Shown: positions 51,777 to 63,083, counted from the whole stretch's first letter. The stretch: 63,083 bases of DNA, filler included, from Octopus bimaculoides (GCF_001194135.2; 4 parts of 3 records of this genome joined end to end with filler, not necessarily neighbours in it); one strand, 5' to 3'. Numbers and translations: made by a program. The notes: generated from the sequence alone by a model not told the origin.

Positions 51777-52767
51777 AGATGATTTCCCTTTGCAAATACT
51801 GAAAGAGCACAGAAAGTGTGTCAATAGCCAGCTGGAGGAGGTGTCTTCCTGGGGCTACAAGCTACAGTAGGGTTAGCCACATTTAGGTGGCAAATGTACT
51901 TCATGAATTTCAAAATCTATTTTGATTTTGTTTCTTATCTTGCCTGTTTTGTCTTGTAAATCTTTTATATTTTTCTTCGACGTTGAAGATATTAGCTTCG
52001 TCTTTGAAGATATTATTTCCATTATACATAACAAGAAAACTGTTTTGTCTTTCTATTTATTCCCATATTACATAATTCAGTTTCCTATAGACTGCGTCTA
52101 TATATTATTCACCTCACACTTGTTACGTCATATGTTGCAACTGAGAGACGAATTGTTTTCCAGGAGTGGAAGAACCGCAAGATTATTAGGTTGCTATTCG
52201 TTATTGGTTAAGTTAACCATTTGACCTTCAGTGAGATACATATTTTATTTCTCTATATGTTTCATTAATTCATCTAATTCAATATTTGTTTTCATATAAA
52301 CAGCTAAATTTAGAAAGAAATGAGATATATCACCCTTATGCTCCAAAACTATAGAAAATGTTGCCATTAGCTCTAAGAATATCTCCACCCAAGCAGGAAT
52401 TCAGACGGAGGGAAATGCATCGTTTTACACAGATCTCGGATAGCATTTCTTAAATCAAAAATAATATATTCTACAAAAGTTACGCAATTGCACCGGATAT
52501 TGACACCGAACTCTTATATCATTAAAACAGAGCAGTGATGACGCAATTTAAATATCATCGCCTTCGATGTTGTCATCATTGTCATTATCATCATCATCAT
52601 CATCAAAAAGAAAAAGAGAAGCGGGGGAAAGAAGCGGATGACGAGATAGGTAGTCTCCATCGATTCTTCGGATTCTGGATTTTAACATACACATACGTAT
52701 TATATACGTTTGCATGCAAGCACATATAGTACATACATACATACATGCATACATACATACACACATA

Positions 52768-52929
52768 GGCGCAGGAGTGGCTGTGTGGTAAGAAGCTTGC
52801 TTCTAATTCACATGCTTCCAGGTTCAATCCTACAGCGTGGCACCTTGGGCAAAGTGTCTTCTATTCTAGCTTCGGTCCGACCAAAGCCTTGTGGATGGAT
52901 TTGGTAGACGGAAACTAGAAGAAGCCCGT
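52768..52929 (+). mobile_element. SINE family B, cleanest copy
   Basis: GGCGCAGGAGTGGCTGTGTGGTAAGAAGCTTGC A-box region, GGTTCAATCC B-box, tail GACGGAAACTAGAAGAAGCCCGTC. Confidence 0.95.
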
Positions 52930-52952
52930 CATCAGTACATATTGTAAAGCTG

Positions 52953-52983
<31 letters not shown>

Positions 52984-53241
52984 NNNNNNNNNNNNNNNNN
53001 NNNNNNNNNNNNNNNNNNNNNNNNNNNNNNNNNNNNNNNNNNNNNNNNNNNNNNNNNNNNNNNNNNNNNNNNNNNNNNNNNNNNNNNNNNNNNNNNNNNN
53101 NNNNNNNNNNNNNNNNNNNNNNNNNNNNNNNNNNNNNNNNNNNNNNNNNNNNNNNNNNNNNNNNNNNNNNNNNNNNNNNNNNNNNNNNNNNNNNNNNNNN
53201 NNNNNNNNNNNNNNNNNNNNNNNNNNNNNNNNNNNNNNNNN

Positions 53242-53297
<56 letters not shown>

Positions 53298-53339
53298 GAT
53301 AACAAATTTTTTAAATTTTGTCTTTTTACTGAGTGATAC

Positions 53340-53505
53340 ACAATATAAACGATATTCTCCGTTTCTCCATAACTAGCTTCCAAATTTGCTGAAACTGTTG
53401 CTCTACTCATACCGACATATAGCCGGTCGTGCGTGAACATGGGAGACAGCAGTAGTTACCAGAGCAAAAATCCTCACTGTTGACTGTAGACACAGTCCTT
53501 CGCAA
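53340..53505 (-). mobile_element. Helitron PIF1-like helicase C-terminal relic
   Basis: PMFTHDRLYVGMSRATVSANL...ETENIVY matches the PVFSHGQLYVALSR...TKNVVY end of Helitron RepHel. Confidence 0.75.
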
Positions 53506-54009
53506 ACGATCAGCTATATATATATATATGATTTCGGTGCAAATAGTTTTGTTACACGACACCGTATTTTACAATCCTGTAAATAATAATAATAATGGTA
53601 TTTTTATATAACATTAAAGCCTATGGCGTTCATCGTGCAATGACTAAGGAAAATAGTCTAATAACGAGGCATATAAACACTCGACAGAAAAAAAGAAGGC
53701 TTTCCTATCCGTGTCTGAAGGTACCACACTTATTCATGTTAACAAAAGGATGCCAAATTGGGCAAAAAGGTTTTCATGAAATATTATACGCTACTTATAA
53801 TACCTAAGTAGTGTCAATAATTTACCGTCGGAAAAAGGCCTAAAATAAAGGTAAAGCCCAGTGCAGTATGCTCAAATCTGATTAATCTGCATTTGGTGGG
53901 GAGGGGCATAATCGGCGTCGAAAATTTTTATTAACAATTCAAGAAGCCTGATTAATGTTTGTTGCAAATTTGTAGGAAAGGCACTGGATACTCTTCAAGT
54001 TACGGGCCT

Positions 54010-54240
54010 TAACGCTGCGAAGATGCTTTAAAAATGCTGCTTATATGCCCCTGGGCCTGCATTTGGCAAGAAGTTGAAAATTCTTTTGGTCCATGGCACT
54101 CCATGGACCCTATGTAATGCATGCATAAAATTTCATTAAAATTGGTTGAGTGGATCTCGAGTTTTAACAACACGACAACAGTCAGACACACATCCTGTAT
54201 CAAATATATATATATATATATATAGATATATATGTATATA
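54010..54240 (+). mobile_element. Possible non-autonomous Helitron-like repeat
   Basis: AAATTTCATTAAAATTGGTTGAGTGG...CAGACACAC...TATATATAGAT pattern recalled from invertebrate Helitron-like non-autonomous families. Confidence 0.3.
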
Positions 54241-54644
54241 CATATATATATATATANNNNNNNNNNNNNNNNNNNNNNNNNNNNNNNNNNNNNNNNNNNN
54301 NNNNNNNNNNNNNNNNNNNNNNNNNNNNNNNNNNNNNNNNNNNNNNNNNNNNNNNNNNNNNNNNNNNNNNNNNNNNNNNNNNNNNNNNNNNNNNNNNNNN
54401 NNNNNNNNNNNNNNNNNNNNNNNNNNNNNNNNNNNNNNNNNNNNNNNNNNNNNNNNNNNNNNNNNNNNNNNNNNNNNNNNNNNNNNNNNNNNNNNNNNNN
54501 NNNNNNNNNNNNNNNNNNNNNNNNNNNNNNNNNNNNNNNNNNNNNNNNNNNNNNNNNNNNNNNNNNNNNNNNNNNNNNNNNNNNNNNNNNNNNNNNNNNN
54601 NNNNNNNNNNNNNNNNNNNNNNNNNNNNNNNNNNNNNNNNNNNN

Positions 54645-54684
<40 letters not shown>

Positions 54685-54879
54685 GTGTATATATTTACAC
54701 ACACACATACATATACATACATAGAAGAGATAAAGAAATGTATTTCTCAATTATGTATTTGAAACCCCGTCAGTCATTCGATCTCGTGCTGACAGAATGA
54801 AATGACATCATTTCGAGTTATGTTATGTTTGAAATAGAAACATCATATCCTACGTATAAAACCCATTCTCGACCACTAC

Positions 54880-55345
54880 CAGTCTGGCATTGAAGGAATT
54901 CAATGCTAAGAAGACACTTGTCAAAAGCAACTAATTCTCTATGGAGATTGATGAGTGATAAATATTCTTACGATTGAAATCATATACTTCAGCTGTCATG
55001 GCCGTCTGTGAAATCTTTAATAAAGCGATTCTTATCCAAAAATAACTTATCATAATGGAACTATATTTTGTCTACATTTCCAGTGTCAAATAATGAAGCT
55101 TGACATGAACATCACAGCCGCATCCAGCAATGAGAGGTGTTCTTATCGGTGTCAGAAATAACAATTGCTCATTGTCGTCTATTAAAGAAATCTCTTCGAT
55201 CTTTTATACACCAACCGATTTGGCAACAGCGCTTTTACATTTGCTCAACCCTCACTCTACTCCAATGCTTAAAACCAAGATGGAAGGAGTGTGTATTGAA
55301 CTAAAGGATCTCCCAGTTATTTGGTTTTGCTTATTGCCACTACAT
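54880..55345 (-). mobile_element. Highly degenerate R4/Dong-like RT fragment
   Basis: IGVE*GLSKCKSAVAK...EEISLIDDNEQL parallels KFGFDKCARASLKRGK...ITLDNANEI of the element at 38790; abuts a (TTC)n array. Confidence 0.45.
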
Positions 55346-55367
55346 CGTTATTCTTCATAGAATTTTC

Positions 55368-55583
55368 CTTTCTTCTTCTTCTTCTTCTTCTTCTTCTTCT
55401 TCTTCTTCTTCTTCTTCTTCTTCTTCTTCTTCTCCTCCTCCTCCTCCTCCTCCACCTTCTTCTTCTTCTTCTTCTTCTTCTTCTTCTTCTTTTTCTTCTT
55501 CTTCTTCTTCTCCTCCACCTCCTCCACCTCCTCCTCCTCCTCCTCCTTCTTCTTCTTCTTCTTCTTCTTCTTCTTCTTCTTCC
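55368..55583. repeat. (CTT)n/(CCT)n microsatellite
   Basis: Direct reading; source of poly-R, poly-E and poly-L ORFs. Confidence 0.98.
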
Positions 55584-55974
55584 CTTTGCTTGCTTTTCTT
55601 CCTCTTCAACAGTGTTTCTCCCACTCACGTCTTCTTCCCATTCCTATTCCACTTTTATTCATCTCTTGATATATTTAAATCTATATATATGGCTTTTAGC
55701 GCTCGCATTCTCGTATTCATCGTTATCCAATAAAACACGTTCATCATCATCTTTTTCTCCTTTAAAATAATTGGATATATCTATTTTACATGTAAACCTC
55801 GACATGGTTTATTGTTTTTCACTTCATTAAGGAATTGTTATGAAAGAATAAGTGTGTCGGTCGTAAGTTGCTTTGAACAGAACGGCTGTAGTCTAAAGTT
55901 TGTTGATACTGAATATGTAGGCAATATCTACGACAGATTTTATAAGCTAAATTCCATTGAGATGACTTCTTTTG

Positions 55975-56494
55975 GCGTTGGTGAGTATTTTTAAGTATCT
56001 GGATCACATGTGACGGTGGATAGAGGGTTGGTCGAGGAAGTGGGATACAGAGTGAGGGAGGGGAGTAAAATACTTGCTGAGAGACACGGAAAGGAGGCGA
56101 CTAGACGTGTTTGAGATGAGATGTCTGAGGTCTATGGCTGGTGTGACACGGATGGACAGGATGAAGAATGAGGAGGTACGAAGGCGAGCAGGATTGAGAG
56201 AAAAAACTAATAACCAAAATGGATAGACGAATGTTGGGGTGGTTTGGCCATGTGGAGAGGATGGATCAGGAGCGGATGGTAAGGAGAGTGAAGTGGTAGG
56301 CAGCAGAACCAGAGGCAGACCTCGGTTTGTGTGGATGGATGGAGTGAGTAAAGCTTTGATGGTGGTAAGAGGTGTTGGAGTGAGAGAGGCAAGAGAGTTT
56401 ATAAATGATAGGAAAGCTTGGAGAGTGTTTGTGGACGGATGAGTAAATTTGATGTTGCTCAAAGGGGTACGGAACCAGTATGATGCGGCGGGGG
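55975..56494 (+). mobile_element. RTE-clade LINE 3' fragment with internal deletion
   Basis: FKYL(G)S; RRRLDVFEMRCLRSMAGVTRMDRMKNEEVRRRAG; WFGHVERMDQERMV; GSRTRGRPRFVWMDGV; DRKAWR. Confidence 0.93.
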
Positions 56495-57144
56495 NNNNNN
56501 NNNNNNNNNNNNNNNNNNNNNNNNNNNNNNNNNNNNNNNNNNNNNNNNNNNNNNNNNNNNNNNNNNNNNNNNNNNNNNNNNNNNNNNNNNNNNNNNNNNN
56601 NNNNNNNNNNNNNNNNNNNNNNNNNNNNNNNNNNNNNNNNNNNNNNNNNNNNNNNNNNNNNNNNNNNNNNNNNNNNNNNNNNNNNNNNNNNNNNNNNNNN
56701 NNNNNNNNNNNNNNNNNNNNNNNNNNNNNNNNNNNNNNNNNNNNNNNNNNNNNNNNNNNNNNNNNNNNNNNNNNNNNNNNNNNNNNNNNNNNNNNNNNNN
56801 NNNNNNNNNNNNNNNNNNNNNNNNNNNNNNNNNNNNNNNNNNNNNNNNNNNNNNNNNNNNNNNNNNNNNNNNNNNNNNNNNNNNNNNNNNNNNNNNNNNN
56901 NNNNNNNNNNNNNNNNNNNNNNNNNNNNNNNNNNNNNNNNNNNNNNNNNNNNNNNNNNNNNNNNNNNNNNNNNNNNNNNNNNNNNNNNNNNNNNNNNNNN
57001 NNNNNNNNNNNNNNNNNNNNNNNNNNNNNNNNNNNNNNNNNNNNNNNNNNNNNNNNNNNNNNNNNNNNNNNNNNNNNNNNNNNNNNNNNNNNNNNNNNNN
57101 NNNNNNNNNNNNNNNNNNNNNNNNNNNNNNNNNNNNNNNNNNNA

Positions 57145-57185
<41 letters not shown>

Positions 57186-57654
57186 GCAGTAGTAGCAGCA
57201 ATATCACCATTTGAACTGAACTGCGCTGCTGTCTGGAATATTTAAAAAGAACAAAGGACGCCGTTTGATAGTCCGACATCTTAAAGTCAGGTACGAAGTA
57301 AGAAAAAAAAAATGATTATTTTTCCGTTTTGGTTTTTCTTTCGCAAGCTAAGAAAGAGCAATTGTTTAGTTGTTTTTATTTGGTTATGAAATTACTTCCA
57401 TTATCTTTTGTAGACAGGGAACACTTGATAAAACGATTATTTTTCCCATGAAATTACAAAGGAAATTAGTTGAAATTATTGAATTACAAACCGATGATTA
57501 CATCCCAACAAGTCTTCTGTAAAGGTAACATTGCCGAAAAATAATTGATTTGTCGGAAGAGAATAGACTCGACAAGAACAAAGTACAAAGTAAAACCAAT
57601 GTAAAAGACATTAGAGAGAACGTAAATATTACGGAGCTGGAAAAATCAACACCA

Positions 57655-57779
57655 CCATCATCATCATCCATCAGAATCATCATCATCATCATCCATCAGC
57701 ATCATCATCATCATCATTATCATCATCATCATCATCATCATCACCATCGCCATCATCAACACCATCGTCATCGTCATCG

Positions 57780-57814
<35 letters not shown>

Positions 57815-57884
57815 TTCATCGTCATCATCATCAACCACCGCCACAACCACCACCATTATCACCGCTACCACCATCACCACCACT

Positions 57885-57963
<79 letters not shown>

Positions 57964-58130
57964 CTGTCGACTTTGCTGTCATCATTATTATCGCCACCAT
58001 CATCGGCATCATGGTGCGGCTTCGTTGACGACGTCACCACCACCACCACCACTACCAGCAACCACCGCCACCACCACCACCACTACAAACAATAGCAACA
58101 ACAACACTACAACACCCACCACCAAACAGA
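57655..58130. repeat. (CAT)n/(CAC)n low-complexity array
   Basis: Direct reading; source of poly-H, S, M and D ORFs. Confidence 0.95.
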
Positions 58131-58429
58131 TCATTCGGTGTCGTTGTATAATATTTCGTTTCACGTCTTCAGAAGCTATATCCCTTCCAACTCCACCCCA
58201 TCACATCTTCTCACCTTCAACTGTTTCTTCACATCAAAATAAAACAATAGAAACGCGGGAAAGTAATGAGAGTCGAATGTCGACAAGTGGTTATTAGAAG
58301 AACTTCAGAAAAGTGGAATAGAACACTTTATCAAAAAGATGAAACCAACGTCGTCTCAGGCAGAATGGCTGCTCTTCAGATGAGAGTAACATATTTTACT
58401 GTTGAAGCACTGAATAATAATTCAGTAGT

Positions 58430-58534
58430 ATGTCTGTCTGTCTGTCTGTTTGTCTGTCTATCTATCTATCTATCTATCTATCTATGTATCTATCTATCTA
58501 TCTATCCATCTATCTATCTATCTGTCAGTCTGTC

Positions 58535-58582
<48 letters not shown>

Positions 58583-58634
58583 CATCTATCTATCTATCTA
58601 TCTATCTATCTATATATCTATCTGTCTGTCTGTC

Positions 58635-58691
<57 letters not shown>

Positions 58692-58692
58692 A

Positions 58693-58736
<44 letters not shown>

Positions 58737-58742
58737 CATCTA
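58430..58742. repeat. Compound (TCTA)n/(TCTG)n/(CT)n array with about 100-nt higher-order duplication
   Basis: Junction TGTCTATTTC(TC)n recurs at 58531 and 58631. Confidence 0.9.
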
Positions 58743-59747
58743 TGGTAGTCTTTTCCTTGCCGAATAATTATTTTTGATTATAATTTCCATACTTACTACT
58801 GGGCACTAACACCGAGGAAGCCGCTATGTAGTTGTTTGAATAACTAAATCTTCCTCAACTTCCATCAAATTGTCTCGAATGTGGCTTACCTTGAGCTAAA
58901 CAAAAGCACCAAGAATATACAACTTTTGCGATGAAGGATTCCACTGAAGTATCATCTGCGTGATCGCTCGACTTGCTAAAGAATACTAACGAAATCACTC
59001 TACATTTACATTCTACTATCTCTAAAAAGGAAAGAGCACATTGAATATTCTGGTATTTCGACACCAGCAACAAAGACAGGATAGTCACAATGGATCCCTT
59101 TTGATGTTAAGTCTGGTGGATGAGAGCCAGCTTAGGTTCAAACGATAACGACGATGAAAACAGCAAAATTTTCTACAAATGCCTTCATCGTATTTTATCG
59201 TCTCATCGCAGTTTGTCACCTTTACTTTGAATGCCTCCATCCTCAATAATATCAGGCTGTATCGTAACATCGGCAGCCTATCGCTATCATCACCGGCATA
59301 TCAGCTTTCCTGCCAGCCTCTCTCTCTCTCTCTCGCAATCGCATCACCAACAGCCTCCTCTCGTCAACGTTCACCAAAACCTATCGTCTGCATCGTCATT
59401 CTCTTAACTCCCTAAAAACAATCTATCATAGTCATCGCTATTCTATTGGCCCCATGGAAACATCTAGTCAAACAACAGCGCGAGTAGCGTATGGAATTTT
59501 TNNNNNNNNNNNNNNNNNNNNNNNNNNNNNNNNNNNNNNNNNNNNNNNNNNNNNNNNNNNNNNNNNNNNNNNNNNNNNNNNNNNNNNNNNNNNNNNNNNN
59601 NNNNNNNNNNNNNNNNNNNNNNNNNNNNNNNNNNNNNNNNNNNNNNNNNNNNNNNNNNNNNNNNNNNNNNNNNNCTTCTTCTTCTTCTTCTTCTTCTTCT
59701 TCTTCTTCTTCTTCTTCTTCTTCTTCAAAATAACTCCTTAGAATCAC

Positions 59748-59784
<37 letters not shown>

Positions 59785-59926
59785 ACATTTGTGTATGCGC
59801 GTGTATGGGTGTATGTGTGTATGTGTGTGTTTCTTCGTGTGAGGGCGAGGGAGACAGAGAGAACAGTGTATAGCAATGCTCCTCTTTCTGTATGTGTGTG
59901 CTTGTATGTGTGTGCTTGTGTGTGTG

Positions 59927-59957
<31 letters not shown>

Positions 59958-60061
59958 ATATACACACGCGTATATATGCATATGTATATACATATATATA
60001 TATATACACATATATATGCATATATATACACACACACACACTCATATATATATGCATATAT

Positions 60062-60316
60062 GACTTTGAGACTCAGTCTCAACTCATGGCTCACCACTTT
60101 AGCCTGCGTGGATATCCACCCACCACCATCCACACCGCCCTTGCCAGAGCACGTTCTGTGGACCGTGCATCTGCTCTCTCCCCCCGAACCCGCCCTGCCG
60201 TTTCCCGCCTCCCTTTTCCCCTCACCTACCATCCCACCACCCTACCCCTCCAACGCTCCATTCTCCGAGCTTTTCGGCGCCTCCAGTCCGACCCCTCCAC
60301 CTCCCACATCTTCCCT
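60062..60316 (+). mobile_element. 5'-truncated Penelope-like element fragment (thumb/linker region)
   Basis: FSLRGYPPTTIHTALARARSVDRASAL...RLPFPLTYHP...ILRAFRRLQSDPSTSHIFP fits the RGYP...TYHP...DP...IF pattern upstream of the PLE GIY-YIG domain; truncated by scaffold end. Confidence 0.85.
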
Positions 60317-60416
60317 NNNNNNNNNNNNNNNNNNNNNNNNNNNNNNNNNNNNNNNNNNNNTTAATTAATTAANNNNNNNNNNNNNNNNNNNNNNNNNNNN
60401 NNNNNNNNNNNNNNNN
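60317..60416. other. Artificial scaffold-joining spacer
   Basis: 44 N + TTAATTAATTAA (60361-60372) + 44 N. Confidence 0.95.
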
Positions 60417-61521
60417 TATTTCTTTTGTTGGCGTCCCTCTCTAACCTATTCCAGAATTTGTTGCGGTATAGGGGGCATGTACCGTTTTCATCATCTCTTA
60501 GGATGCGTTCGAATTTTGTTTTTGCTCCATTGTACACCCTGATTCTATCATGTTGTGTGTATCCGGAACGTTGCATTCGGAATATATAGTGCTGGATGTG
60601 TTGTTGTCGTTCCTGTGGTTGGCATAGTGGGGATACATTCCTCATTACTCTAACTAAGTCTGTTACGAAGATGTTGATCTTGGCAGTACTTGACATAGCA
60701 GAGTCACTACGGGTTACCAGTGGATTAGCCATAGGTTTAGAGTAGTGTGAGTGGAGTAGACAGGGTTTAACATATCCATCCATCATAGTATTTTCTATCC
60801 ATAGCTCAGTATCTAGGATGGGTAACCTATTACTGGGGTGTTTTGAGGGGTAGTCTACTGTAACCTTTATACTGCTATGGATAGAGTTAGCTATGTGTTG
60901 TATAGCTGTCATTACATGTTCCTCTTTTAGTGGAGTGTTCTTATCTGTATGTTTATTTGTATCATTCTTACACTTCACGACAAGGTTAATGTCGTCAACG
61001 TATCGACAGTACATAGCTAAGTGGATGTTACGGGTCGCTAAGCACTGTTTAAATGTTCTGTCCCACCATACCATGAAGAGGTTAGCAACATCACCGGCGA
61101 TCCCTACTCCAATAGCACCGCCTTTCTCCTGTTTATATAGTTTGTTGTTGAACTTAAAAATATGATTTTTAAGTGTGGTTCTAAGGCTTACACCAATAGC
61201 GTGTGCTACAGTAATTCTGATGTCGTGTGCATCTGAAGGTGGGTGGTTTGTTTTCGTCCAGACATGCCAGCGTTCACAGCGGGTCTTTTTGTATGCTGAG
61301 GTAATGGTAGGTGGTCTACCTCGTTTGTTGCGGGTGGGACAAGCATACTCAAGGTTATTCCGTGACAGGTATTCATTAGTACAAGTCAGGGTCAGGAAGA
61401 GGCCTAGTTCATACACATCCACATTATTAAACATCATATCACTCTCACAAATTATTTCCACACATCTGTCAATAGCAAAGTCCACATCAATAGAAGGGTA
61501 CAGTGATACTACATCCATGCT
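60417..61521 (-). CDS. Penelope-like element reverse transcriptase, uninterrupted partial ORF
   Basis: SMDVVSLYPSI (motif A), FNNKLYKQEKGGAIG (B'), YCRYVDDI (C), LPILD (E), YSKP...K...VRVMRN thumb, RSGY; no stops or frameshifts. The track start (61548) and end (60361) lie in the inverted arm and spacer. Confidence 0.93.
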
Positions 61522-62058
61522 ACATGTAATGACAGCTATACAACACATAGCTGACTCTATCCATAGCAGTATAAAGGTTACAGTAGACTACCCCTGAAAA
61601 CACCCCAGTAATAGGTNNNNNNNNNNNNNNNNNNNNNNNNNNNNNNNNNNNNNNNNNNNNNNNNNNNNNNNNNNNNNNNNNNNNNNNNNNNNNNNNNNNN
61701 NNNNNNNNNNNNNNNNNNNNNNNNNNNNNNNNNNNNNNNNNNNNNNNNNNNNNNNNNNNNNNNNNNNNNNNNNNNNNNNNNNNNNNNNNNNNNNNNNNNN
61801 NNNNNNNNNNNNNNNNNNNNNNNNNNNNNNNNNNNNNNNNNNNNNNNNNNNNNNNNNNNNNNNNNNNNNNNNNNNNNNNNNNNNNNNNNNNNNNNNNNNN
61901 NNNNNNNNNNNNNNNNNNNNNNNNNNNNNNNNNNNNNNNNNNNNNNNNNNNNNNNNNNNNNNNNNNNATACACACAACATGATAGAATCAGGGTGTACAA
62001 TGGAGCAAAAACAAAATTCGAACGCATCCTAAGAGATGATGAAAACGGTACATGCCCC
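61522..62058 (+). mobile_element. Inverted partial copy of the same Penelope-like element
   Basis: 61522-61616 is the reverse complement of 60825-60919 (2 mismatches); 61968-62058 is the exact reverse complement of 60472-60562. Confidence 0.95.
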
Positions 62059-63077
62059 TGTAGTGAAACTACCTATCGCCATTAGATACAAAACTACTAT
62101 CGCCATTACATACAATCTTCTCATTTAAATATAAACAAGCGCGGGCGTAGCGGAGAACCCATCTCCTTGTCATCACGTGACTGATTAATATTCGAAGCGG
62201 CAACTTCTTCGAACCGTTCCCGCCAGAACGCAAACTGACCAATCACAGCCCTTAATAAGGTCACGTGATAGTGCATTTTTCTGAAGCCTTCGGGAGCCGA
62301 TAATTCGCTATAAATAGGCCAACTCATACCCACAAAATTTGTCTCGGTCCAGTTTCTCTATAGAGTCTGTGCCGTGTACCACACGACAGCAGCAGCAGCG
62401 GCAGCCAGCAACACATCAACAGCTTCGTCCAACGATGACCACCAATGACGCCGCCACATTCAGCAACACGAGTCTACGACTACTAACCAGCATCATCGTC
62501 ATGACCAACACGATTCTACGATTACTACTTACCAGCATCAATCTCCACCAGCGTCTACACGACTTTCTATGTACACCAACCCAAACCACCGCGGCACATC
62601 TCTCTCTTCGATTCTGTTAGGTGACTCAGCTTCACCACGATAAATAAACAGACAAGAGATTTCAGCCAGCGACGAACGACGAACATCTGTATAACAAGTA
62701 TCACGGCCCGGCATGGAAGCCACCACCACATCACAACTAGTGATCAGCACTGCCACACTCACAGCCTCAACTACTTTCACATACAGACTCATCCTATTGT
62801 GTACTCAAGAACTGGTATAAATGCTCACGTGTTATTGACTCTCTTTCTATCTGCTGTAATGTCTCACATACACATACATGTATCACTCACATACATACTT
62901 TTCTTTGTATGACGGCCTGTCTTTGATTATGTTCTTATATGTCGCATTCAAACTCACACACAGACATACACTTTAATGCCACAATAAATATTTCTGTTAT
63001 TCATTTCATACGGTTGCCTTCTATCGTCTCTTCATTACTGGTATTTACGAATTCACATATGTTATCGTAGTATAACA
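62059..63077 (+). mobile_element. Probable long terminal repeat (about 1.02 kb) of an LTR retrotransposon
   Basis: Begins TGTAGT exactly where Penelope homology stops and ends TATAACA; internal CCAAT, TATA and AATAAA (62983-62988) in U3-R-U5 order. No partner LTR or TSD visible in the window. Confidence 0.65.
62172..62316 (+). promoter_or_regulatory. Pol II promoter module in the putative LTR
   Basis: ATCACGTGAC (62172-62181), CCAAT in TGACCAATCA (62239-62243), GTCACGTGAT (62260-62269), TATAAATA (62309-62316). Confidence 0.6.
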
Positions 63078-63083
63078 TATTTG

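Noticed and set aside
57550-58095. 181-aa His/Ser/Pro-rich ORF
   Set aside because: Almost entirely (CAT)n/(CAC)n repeats; starts at TTG with no splice or homology support.
58140-58185. Minus-strand CTGAAGA...CGAAA motif
   Set aside because: No credible stem I or stem II pairing.
58335-58385. Minus-strand CTGAAGA-GCAG/CTGC stem resembling a hammerhead
   Set aside because: GAAA is GAGA, there are extra bases after stem II and stem I does not pair.
58855-59270. Minus-strand ORFs with a strong donor near 58890
   Set aside because: Several frames are equally plausible and none is recognisable; insufficient support for an exon call.
60062-61521. Two Penelope pieces as one tail-to-tail element
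   Set aside because: They are separated by an artificial spacer and differ in composition and sequence.

Overview
AT-rich, microsatellite-saturated animal genomic DNA from a gappy draft assembly. The SINE families and repeat density point to an octopod cephalopod, probably Octopus (inference, no database search). Three identical 100-nt spacers (44 N + TTAATTAATTAA + 44 N at 23961-24060, 44672-44771, 60317-60416) show the window is four scaffolds joined artificially, so adjacency across them is not biological. I could not identify any host gene by name, and there is no rRNA, true tRNA or CRISPR array. Nearly all interpretable sequence is transposon-derived: an uninterrupted Penelope-like RT frame with a head-to-head inverted copy interrupted by an LTR, a second Penelope fragment, R4/Dong, RTE, CR1-like and possible Tx1 LINE relics, mariner, Helitron and piggyBac remnants, and many tRNA-derived SINEs. 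The most interesting unexplained items are a decayed type I hammerhead-ribozyme-like fold (51683-51776), several long fold-back palindromes, a 152-bp-period SINE multimer, a SINE tail shared with a CR1-like LINE end, an orphan open frame of about 182 codons (8316-8864, minus) and a triple ETS-motif cluster next to a strong splice donor. Most long ORFs in the supplied track are translations of microsatellites or N gaps.
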